The translations under genes were made by a program, and so were the position numbers. The notes under the pieces were generated by a model. It was not told where the DNA came from, searched no databases, and worked only from the letters and a program-made list of their open reading frames with translations. Source: Eledone cirrhosa (Eukaryota). Taken from it: 64,000 bases of DNA. This document shows, one piece after another, positions 35,804 to 47,800 of the stretch. Positions within the stretch are counted from its first letter, which is position 1. Each line of letters begins with the position of its first letter. Location: the NCBI GenBank assembly GCA_964016885.1, contig OZ024746.1, positions 40,858,001-40,922,000 on the forward strand, in the 5' to 3' direction.

Positions 35804-38800
35804 GTAATTTTGTTCCACATAAAAGTCCTATTTTAAATAAATATCGTATGTAAAGTATATTTCTATTATCACATCTTTAATAAGATCGCTTTACTCACAT
35901 TTCATGTCCACGTGTTGTTTTTTTTTTTTTCAAAACATCACCGCATGTGTTTACATGTGCAGTTCACACATAATCGTAACAGTGTTGCACATGTCATTTT
36001 CTTTATCAATTTGATTATTGGATGTAATATATATATTTCATGGCACTACCATGCTATTAGATGTCAGTTCTGTTTAAAAAATATCAAACGATTAGTTATT
36101 TTACAAAAGCGATTAATTTACATGTATTTTAAGTTTGTAATATTTTGAATTAATTCTAAGCAGCTAAATTAAGATATTCTTGTGTAAAATGAGAGAAAAC
36201 TGGTGTATTTAAATTTAAAACAGCGTTTAAATTATTCTTTAAACGAGGAATTCTTCAGAATAAGCTATCGTACTTCCTATTTTGATTGTTGCGGCTCTCA
36301 TATTTAAAAAAAAATTCATTTGGCTAATTATTATCATCTTAAAAAGTATGCTATAGTAGTAAGCTGCATATTTTACTGTAGTTATATAGTTGTACACAGT
36401 TTGTGTATTATTACTATTATATATATATATTAAAACAATGTTATCTCTGATCGAGACGAAGCGAGAGTGTATTTGAAGGCATATAAAAATGAAAAACCTC
36501 ATCACTAGAACAGCCGTTAAAACAGCTATTTTAACGGCTGTTCTAGCGATGAATTCTCTCATTTTTATATGTATTCATATATATATATATTTCTTAATTG
36601 GTACTCAGACTAAATATATTCGCAAATATATCACTTATTTACAGGCCATATAAGTAATTAAAAACGATCCCAAATCCTGATTATAATCCGACGTCTTTCT
36701 CCAATAGTGATATGTTGTTTTACAATGAAGCAGACACTTTTAACGTATTTACTTTATTTCGCAATAGTTATATTAAAAAAAGATTTAATAATAAATGACG
36801 CGATATCTTTTTTCAGGCACACTTGAAGGGACATAACTTATGAAATAACAGAGTTATATTACATCCCCCTTATCAAATTATGAAATAGTCAATGTGCGAG
36901 GTATCTATGCTCCATGGGGATTTTCTTATTTTCACAGGGCGAGCCGATGGTGCTGGTGGCGACTTGTCAGTCTGCACATGTGGCAGTGTGAACCGGGCAC
37001 GCTGTGATAGAACATTAATATTCACTGCAGGGTGAGCATCCCTGTATGTAGGCCAACGCTGCTGGATCATTGTCTCTGATCTGTTGAGCTGGTAAACTGA
37101 AGATGATTAATTTCTGTGAACTGTATAACTCCTGCAGATGCTGCTTGTTGCATCTGATCAATCTGCAATCTCTATGCATTCTGACAGTGTAGCAACATGG
37201 TAGTTTTGGTTCCATGTCCGACTCGTGCAAAAGAAAGATTGAGCCAAATGTTGATAGCACAGTGGTGGGCACACACACACACACACTCGCGACAGCAGCA
37301 AGATCCATGATGAAAATATCAACCAAAAGCTAGATGACAACACCCCACAACATACAATTGATATAGCAAGGTTTGAAATTACTTCACAGAACAGAAAAAG
37401 ACATTGACTATCACAAGTCAATATCTTTTTCTGTTCTTGATTTTTTCCCCCAGTATTCATTATTCTTTAAACTGAAAGTTTATGACACTTTTTAATATCT
37501 TGTATGATAAATGATGTATCTTGTAAACTGGAACATATCTCTTTACAAAATACATATTTTGTAAAGAGATATTTCTCATGATAGAAGGCTAAACTTGAAT
37601 ATCTATCATGATAGAAAGTCATCTGTCTACATTGTATGGATAGTCTATATCTATTACCCATAACTTACATAGTCAGCAATCAGAATTTTATTTTGCAGCT
37701 TAGTCTATTATACTTATAGAAGCTGATATATAATTTTTCAATAATAATATTTTTAACTGTTTGTCTTTTTATTAGGATAATCTTCGAGAAGATGGCCGTG
37801 GTTGCGATGATTACAGATATATGGAACTTGAAACAGATGTTGTCTCAAATACCAGCGGTTCTGCTCGATTACGTTTAGTAAGTATCATCTATTTTTTGTT
37901 TATATTAATAATGAAAAATTGTATGAAGATATTTAAACCCTAAGTTTTTATATGGAATTGATATTATTTCTATATCAAAGATCTCCAGGCCTTAACACTT
38001 GCTTGCTACAGTTGCTACAGTTTAATTATATTGTTCTTAAATAAGTTACTTTTATTTTTTTTTGTTTTTGTAGTAGGTACATCACTTGTTTTAACTATAT
38101 AATTGTCAAGCTGATTGATGATTTAAAATAATTGTTTCTACTTTTAGCACAAGGCCAGCAATTATCTCAGTGCATGACTGGTACTTTATTTTATCGACCA
38201 TGTAAGGATGAAAAGCAAAGTTAATTAAAATAATGATTATAGATATGACCACCAAAACTGCAATGTGGCTAGATACACTAAAAGCATTCATACCACATAG
38301 TCTTTCACATGAGGTAACAAGGGATTCATCCAGGCTTTAGGTAGGAGGGCCTGTTTGGAAAATATTGTAGTCTTCATCCAACTCTCCAAGACCTGGCAAT
38401 GGGGTTGTAACCTGTCCTGGGAAGCATAGGATGGATGCACAAAGGTTAAGTATCTCGAGACCCCAAAGAAGGTTTAAAAGGGAGCAACTCTTAATAATTG
38501 AAAACTGGAATGTTGTAAGCCTTACAGGCAAGGAGCATTAACTAGTGAAAGAGACCATATGCTACTGGCTAGAAATGTTGATGTTTTGAATGAATATGGC
38601 CTTCAGTCAGTCAGAAATCGGTAAAAAAAATTATTATGTAATGGAGATGTTAAACAAAAACTATACTCTAAACAACACTTAAAACATTTTGAATATCAAA
38701 ATATTAAAACTTCATAAATATATTCTCCACTCATGAGAATTTCAAAACTGCACTATCTAAACATAGTGTCTTGATTACCTCAGGTTTGGATTTTTGCCTA

Positions 38801-41800
38801 TTTCTCAGGTATAAAATGGGAGGTTAACTTATAATCTGATCAGCTAATACTCGGTTATATGTGATAGATACCATGAGAAATTTAAACCCTTTGATATTTT
38901 TATATATCATATGAAGCTTATAGATGACTAAATATTTACTATCTTTTTTCCAGGCCAATACTGATGTATTAGTTGGAGTGAAAGCAGAATTAGGGCCACC
39001 TGAACCAACTAAACCAGATCTTGGTCGGTTAGAATTCTTTGTTGACTGGTAAGAATATTTTGAATGTGTATTTGCTTTTTTCATTAGCTAATAGCTAACA
39101 TTTTAATATATTTTAATGTTCTCACTATAGTAAGCAAATTATGCAGCTGGCTTTAATATCAATTGAAATGACTACTCTGTATGAATTGTAAATAATAGAA
39201 ATGTATGCTTATCATCATTGTTTTATGTCCATTTTCTATGCTTGCATGGGTTAGGCATGTCTGTTCCAGCACAGCATCTTGTCACGTGTGTCTGTATGAA
39301 TATATATATATATATACACACACACACTCACTTATATCATATGCAACATACAGGTAAGTTGTGACACAACCTGTGACAGTCCATCCAACCTATAACTGCA
39401 TAAAAAGCAGACCATAAAGTAATCGTGATGATGATTTTATATATATATATATATATGTGGTTGGTGTTAGGAAGGGCATCCAGCTGTAATATAGCCAGGC
39501 CAAATTTATAGTCCTTGACGGAGCAAGGTGTGACATGGCCAGACTTGCCCCCCCCCCCCCTCCGGCATGGACGACCTGTCTAACCCATGCAAGCATGGGA
39601 GAATTGTCGCTAAATGGAAATGATGATATATATATATATAAGCATATAGATATCAAGATACCATGATACAAAATTCTCAGGATTTTGCTTGCATATCTCC
39701 CCACCTCCAATAAAACCCATGAGATAAAACAGCAAAGATAGTCGTTTTCCTTTGTTTCTGTATATTCTAGATGACTGCGGTGAGTGGTGAGATTGTGTGA
39801 GACCCATTCAACCTATGCCAACATAGAGGAACAAATGTAAAATAATTAGGATGATGATGATATAAGTCAAGCCATGCAATTTGTCATTTTACATATTTCA
39901 GCTCAGCCAATGCTACACCAGAATTTGAAGGACGTGGAGGAGAAGTTTTGGCCACCGAAATTAGCACCATGCTGTCACAAGCCTATGGAAATCTGAATGC
40001 TATTGACCTAAAATCATTGTGTGTAATTCCAAATTCACAATGTTGGATTCTTTATGTTGATATTTTGGTAAGGTTTCTTTGTATTTAATTAAGGGATGTG
40101 AACATGGGTATTTTTGTCTTAGTCCTCAATTATCATGTGACACATCTAGTATAATTCATAAGAATATTAAATTAAGCTAGTATTTCACTAGTACTTTATT
40201 TTATCAAACCTGTGAAGTTGACAGGCAAAGGCCTGAAATTAAATATCATAGGCATCTCACTCCCCTATAGCCCACCACTCCATCCCACACTAGACCGGAG
40301 AGGGCTCTCATGTTGGGACTATAACCAACAACCTTTCTGATGACAGTGCTACGAAAATACACCCGGTACACCCTGTAAGGTTGTTGGCAATAGGAAGGGA
40401 ACCCCGCTGTAGAAACCATGCCTAAAAGGGTTGAGAGGAGACCCTTCAGTTGTGTCAAAGACACAACTTCTCATGTTGGTGATCTACATGATAAACACAC
40501 CTAATACATGCTGTAATGTGATTAGTAATAGGAAGGGCATCCAGCCATAGAAAACTTGCCAAACAGTTGTGTCAAGGATATGATAATCTCCCTCATGCTG
40601 GTGTCACTCAGTAGCGCATGGGAATATATGTAAGCAAGATGTAGATCCCTGACGTACCTTGGAAGTCAGTAACTTCACTTGAGTATTGACTTGGCCTCTA
40701 ACGATCTGTTCAACCGTTGCTAGCCAGAATTCTCTCTCCTCTTTTTGTTCAAACCGGCTGTAAACTGGTCGATCATGCAGATGTTAAGGTATGGTTCTTA
40801 AAATAAATAATATCAAAATCTCATAGATTTGCTATTATGTGAGATAAAGCCTTTACTGTGAAAATACAATAGTAAATATAGAGTAATGTAAATGCTAAAG
40901 GGTTGAATGACGATGATTTTCGGAGAGTAAAAAAGAAAAAAATAAATTTTAAGATAGCAGTTTTGTATTGTGGAACTAATGGCAGTTTCAGGTATCAAAA
41001 GGGTTAACTGAAGACACTACTATTACAACCCTTTATTGATTATTTCTTAATATGAAATCCTGAGTAAATGTGCCATTCTTATTCTTATGTCAAAATAATA
41101 ACCACCAACTCAATCAGCAAACCAACATTCTCTGATAATATTCCCATAAGATATTAAACTGTATTTTCTTTATTTGTACTTTTATTAGTTACTCCTTCGT
41201 ACTCTTAGATATTTTCAGGTGACCTGGATATTGTTATTCTGTAACACTCTTTTTTTATCTGTTATTCCAGCAGCTCCTCCACCCTCATCATCATCATTCA
41301 ACGTCCATTTTCCATACTTGCATGGGTTAGATGGGTTGTCCAGTTATGAGAAAAGTCAGGTCTTGAGACCTTGCCTTACTCATATAGAACTGTAATTTGG
41401 TTTGGTTTCTATTGCTGAATGATCTTCCTAACGCCAACCTCATTACTGTGTGAACTGGGTGCTTTTTATTTTGGCACTGAAATGACCACCTTACAGGGTA
41501 GGTGAACTGGGTGCTTTTTGCTGTGTCACCAGTACAATCTCTTTACAGTGGAAATAGGTGCCTTTTCTTGTCACCATCTCAATCACCTTACAATCAGCAC
41601 AAAGTATCTGATATTTTTCTTCCCAAAAATGTCTTTCATGTGCAATTCTCCACTGCTTAATTGTTGATAGCCTATCCACTCTGGAATAATGAATAAATCC
41701 ACATATTGTATTAAGGTAAAATAAACGTTATTTGAAAGGGCGGTGTCCCAGTATGGCCTCAGCCGGATGGCTGGAACAGGTAAAAGAGTAATGGTTTAAT

Positions 41801-44800
41801 CAAATATTTCCTTTAGTCATACACAATGACATTAAAGTTGTTTATTCCAGGTCAGCTTTGATTGAGCAGACCTACGATCAAAGGGGTATCTGAATTGGTG
41901 GAATTGTTAGAATATTAGCCAGAATGCCTTCTAGTATTTATTCTGGCTCCTTGAATTCTGAGTTTAAATCCCTCCACAATCAGCCTTATCTTTTGTACAT
42001 CTAGAGGTGGTAGTGGAATAGAATGCCAGTCAAAGTATCAGAATGTAGCTCTTTCTCCCTTTAACATCTTTGAGATTTTGCTAGGCTAAGGGTGTAAAGG
42101 TCAGGAGTGTGTCAGTTTCAGTGTCTGCTATCCATTTATAACGTGTCATATCCACACAATAGTATGGGATATAAGGGGGATACAGCTGCTGTTTCTAGCA
42201 GGCCTAGGGACCACATTATGGTTTATCAATTAGCAAGGTACATAACTCTGCTTGTTTTTGTCTGGATGACAACATGTCCACTTCTAATTGATGTTAATTT
42301 TTAGTGGTATGAAAAACATACGACTATATAACAATAGCTGTATCATTGTCCAAGGTTTGGAAGAAAAACTTGCCTGCATGAAAACATGTAAGAAAAAAAA
42401 ATAGCTATTATTCATATCGATAATTTGAAAAGCGTTATAATTTTTTAATATTTTAATATCATTTTTTATTTTTTTTATATTAACATAATTGTTTTGATAA
42501 TTTTGTTTGTTGTTCTAGTTACTGGAATGTGGTGGTAATTTGTTTGATGCTGTCTCGGTTGCTGTTAAGGCAGCTCTCTTTAATACCAGGTAAATTATCT
42601 CTATAGTGTTCTGTTTGATCATTTGCTGGAGGCTTCTGCTGTAATTTAGACATAGGGAATTTTGCACAAGAAGCATTCATTTTCTAGACAGAACAGTTAT
42701 AAATTTAACATAAGGCCATTCAACCATAGAAAATTTGCCAAAAAAAGGGTCGGGAGAACTGTTCATTTGTGTCAAAGACATGACAACCTCCCCAGTGTTG
42801 GTGATCTACATGATAAACACACTGTAAAGTGGTTGGTGATAGGAAAAGCATCAAGCCATAGAAAGTTTGCCAAACAAAGGGTTGGGAAGACCCTTCAGTT
42901 GTGTCAAAGTCATGACAACCTCCTTAGTGTTGATGCCAAGATAAAATGCGTCTGGTGCTCTCTGTAGAGTGCAGGAACATATGTGTGTAAGATACGGAAA
43001 TCTGGAACCATGTGAGAAGTCAATAGCATCGATTAAATACTGACTTGGCTTGTGATCACCCACTTAACTCTTGTTAGCAAGCAAAACAGGAATTATATGA
43101 TAATGGAGACAGTAAGCTTTGCTCTTGAAATAGTGTTATTGGAAGCTCTATGGCAAATGGTGTACTACTATATTACAGAGCCTCTGTATTATAGATTAAC
43201 ATATATAGTGTCATGGTAGTGAGGATTGTATTGTGGCTAATCTAGGTGTGATAGTAGCATTCTGTACAGTGTTGATAATACTGTGTAGTATACATCATCA
43301 TCATTTAACATCCTTTTTTCCATGCTGGTTTGGATTAGACAAGCTGTTCTATTTTGAAACAAGCCAGATCAAATGACTGTGTCTTGCTCATACATGAATG
43401 ATTCTGGTTTGATTTCTATAGCTGGATGCCCTTCCTAATGCCAACCACATTTACAGTGTGTACTGGGTGCTTTTTATCGTGTGCCAACAAGTGTGAATTG
43501 GGGACTGGGGTTTTGGACTTATCTAGTGAGGGGTAGGGTATTATGATGAGGCAGGTGTATGGAAGGGGGTTCATACTAGATGTATGCTTCATCCTGTGCA
43601 CATGAGGTGGGTCTTCTGTATTACTGCATAACGCCAGAAGTGCAATTGTACAAGGTTAGCTTTTATCACCTCATTCTTGGTCTTCCTGCTCCATAGCTTC
43701 CATCAACTTTGAACACCCTATTAAGACATATCTAGAACTAGAAAAGACTGATCATGGAATTAGAAATGTAGTATCATTGCTACTAAGTTACTGCTCTTGT
43801 TATTTCTATTTTTATTATAATTGTCATAAATATACTTACACTTTTATTCTTTTTTTTTTCTATTAGAATTCCCAACGTATCTGTTCTGAAAGGTGATCAA
43901 GGCCAAATGGAACTGGAGATATCAGATGATCCCTATGATGTCAAACAACTTGACACTACTCACTGTCCATGTTTGGTCACTTTGAGCAAGGTCAGTGACT
44001 GCTGTCATTACTTTTGCTGCAATAGAAGTTGTAGATGGTCTACTAGAATACTTTATTTGTTGATTTAAAATCGGATTCCAGCTTTTCCCCCAAATTCTCC
44101 CATGTTTTAATCATCTGCTGACTTTGTAATAAGAAGTCCCCTATGCTTGCTATCAGGAACTCGTCTGAGGTTCTTTCTGAAGAGAGGTGCATCTTTGGAA
44201 GGTGGAGAGATTACTTTGCTGATTTCTTAAACATCTGATGTATATGAGGTGCTCCTTGTGAAAACTAAGCTCTCAGTATTGAAGTCACCAGTGCAATTAA
44301 AGCACTCATATGTGGCAAGGCCTCTGGGAAGGATGACATTCAGCCTGAGATGTTAAAAACCTTAAATACAGACAATATGCTCTAGCTGACTCATGTGCTG
44401 GGTGGCCTGGATCTCTGGAAAGGCACCAAAGCAATGGCAATCAGGGGTGATGATTCCAATTTCCAAAAAGGGAGATGAGAGATGACTTTAATTATAGAGA
44501 GATCTCTTCAGTAAGGTCTATGTTAAGTGTCTGCTAGAGATGTAGACATATTGTTGAGTTCAAGCTAGCTCACGAATAGTATGGTTTTCGCCCCTGACAC
44601 AGCAAGGCCAGCAAATATTCACTTTGTGGCAGGTCTTTGAGAAATCACAGGAGTATTGCAAAGAGGTGTATGCTTGCTTTGTAGACTTTGAAAAGGTATA
44701 TGACTGCATTTCATGGGACTTGTGGAAGGTTCTGCAAGAGTATGGGATCGATGGACAACTTCTTGTTGCCTTGAAGTCCTATGAATGTCCTAGATTTTGT

Positions 44801-47800
44801 GTCCGGATAAATGCTAAGTCAAAACCATTCAATGTAGGTGTCAGACTGCACAAAAGGTGCATACTGTCAACTCTCCTGTTCATAATCTTCATGAACAAGA
44901 TTGACATGTGCAGCTGGGTTGGAAGTGGTATCAAAACCAACTTGACTGCAATTTACAGACGACATGGTGCTACTTAACTCATTGGAGGTGATCTCTGACA
45001 TACACTGGATAGGTTTGCAGCATGGCAGGAATTAAAATTAGTGCTGCAAAAACTAAAACACTCCTCCTCTAAAGAAAGCCTGCCCGGTGCACTCTGCATG
45101 TGAATGGAGTTCCACGGAAGCATATGGAGAAGTTCAAGTATCTCAGGGGCCATTTTCATGAGTAATAGAAGACAAGAACTATCTAACTATCCTCCATCAA
45201 ATATGCACAACAATCAATTGAATATCTTCATCTTATAATGTAAATGTTCTTTATTTTTCATTACTAGTGAACTTATATTTGTAAATGTTAGACTATTTAC
45301 TTATCAGTTAAATTAGTGAATATTAAATGAGGAATTTTATATAGACAAGGAAACTGAAACATGAGTTTAAGTTGGTAACTAGAATAAAATAATTTTGCCA
45401 TTGTAGATTGCAGTGAAATTTTGTCTGGCTTCGTGGAGAAAATCTTAGGCAATTTAAGTTAGTCTCAAATTTGATGTATACATATATATATCAAGTATAC
45501 ATAGCTAGAAGGGAAGTGGAGGATAGAAAATTCAAGCATGTTTTGAGGACCAGAAACAGGAGGTGTTCAAGATTGCGAGGCAGTGTGTCACAGAGAATTG
45601 TGATGTCATTGGAGAGAAGTGTATCCGGAATGATAAAGGTGAGCTTGCCCTCACAAGTGCTGAAAAGAAAGATGCGTGGAAGAGCCATTATGAAAGATTA
45701 CTAAATGAGGAGAATGCATGGGAAAAAGAGATCCTACCCCAAGTAGACCCTATAGAGGGGCCAGCAGTACAAGTCAGCAGCAGCGTAGTAAGTAAAGCAA
45801 TCAAAGATATGAAAATGGGGAAGGCAACCGGTCCATCGGGTATAGCTGCCGAGATGCTGAAGGCATCTGGGTCAGTAGGTCACACCATAACCACACATAT
45901 TGTTAACCAGGTAACACTAGATGGTGTCATACTAAAGGATTGGTGCAGCAGCATCATTGTCAACTGCTACAAGGGTAAAGGTGATGCACTAGATAGAGGA
46001 AACTATAGAGGTATAAAGCTGAAGGACCAGGTCATGAAAGTAACAGAAAGATTTATAGCACAGTTGATTAGGGACCGGGTGAAACTAGATGAGATGCAAT
46101 TTGGGTTTGTGCCAGGAAAAGGCACCACTGATGCCCTCTTCCTTGTGAGGCAGATACAGGAAAAGTACCTAGCTAAAAGTAAGCCGCTCTACCTGGCATT
46201 CGTCGATCTGGAGAAAGCCTTTGACAGAGTCCCCTATGCTATAATCTGGTGGGCTCTTAGGAAACTATGAGTAGATGAATGGCTTGTGAAAGCTGTACAA
46301 GCCATGTATAGGGGAGCAGTCAGCAAAGTTAGGATTAGCAATGACTATAGCAGGGAATTTAGCATACAGGTCGGTGTCCACCAGGGCTCTGTTCTTAGCC
46401 CTTTCCTGTTCATCATAGTTTTGCAGGCAATAACGGAGAAGTTTAAGACCGGATGCCCATGGGAACTCCTGTATGACCTCGCACTTATAGCTGAATCTAT
46501 GGTAGAACTAGAGAATAAATTCCAAACATGGAAGCAGGGACTAGAAAGAAAGGGTCTCAAAGTCAACCTACAAAGACTAAGGTCCTTGTAAGTAGACGAG
46601 GAAACAGAACCCAGATCCCTTCAGGGAAATGGCCTTGCTCAGTATGTAGGAAAGGTGTAGGTAGGAACTCCATCCTCTGCTCCAAGTGCAAAGTGGGTAC
46701 ACAAGAGATGTAGTGTGATCTGAGGAAGCTTAACTAAGAATGTAGGCTTCACATGTAGCAGCTGCGCTGGGACAGCAAGCAGCAAACAGCCACAGGATGG
46801 AAGTTCAGCGAGCTACTGCCACTGGTAGCTGCAAAAGGCTTTTCCCTCAAAATGAAAGGCATACTGTATGATGCGTGTATACGAACACCAATGTTACATG
46901 GTAGTGAGACCTGGGCGCTGTCTGTGGAAGACTTGCGTAGATTAGAAAGAAGCGAAGCTCGCATGCTCCGATGGATGTGTAATAGTAATATACGTGAATG
47001 GCAAAGCATGAACAAATTGAGAGAGAGACTGAGCATAAGAGGAATCAAATGCTGTGTGCAGGAGAGGAGGTTGCGTTGGTATGGACATGTGATGCGTATG
47101 AAGGATGACAGCTGCATAAAAAGGTGCAGAGTACTAGAAGGCAATGGAAGCTGCGGAGTGGGGAGACCCAAGAAGACCTGGGATGAGGTGATAAAAGCTG
47201 ATCTTACCCAATTACACCTCTTAAGGCGATGACACACGATTGTGACCTCTGGCGTCACGCAGTAATATAGAAGACCCGACCCCTCCACGGGTACAAGCCT
47301 AAGCTGAAGCATATAGACAATATGCCCCCACCCCCCTCTCACTGCAAAGTGGTCGTGGAGGTGCCACGGCAAAAAAGCACCCTGCCCACACTGTAAATGA
47401 CGTTGGTGTTAGGAAGGGCATCCAGCCAGAGTCAGTTCCCATATGAGCAAGACATGGTCAGCCAACCGGGTACTGCCCACAACAGGCCAACCCGTCTAAC
47501 TCATGTTAGCATAGAAGAATGGACGTAAAACTGTGATGATGATGAAATCGTCATCATTTAACGTCTATTTTTCCATGCTTGCATAGGTTTGACAGGTTGT
47601 TACTATGAGACATGTCAGGTCAGGTGATTTCGTTTTGTACTTATGAATCTTTATTTTGGCTTGGTTTCTACAATTGGATACCCATCCTAATGTCAATTGC
47701 ATTACACTGTAGACTGGGAGCTTTTGTTTTGGTGCCAGACCACCACACAGGGTAGACCTAGTGCTTTTTGTCACAGCAGCAGCTTTGCATGCTTGTCCAA

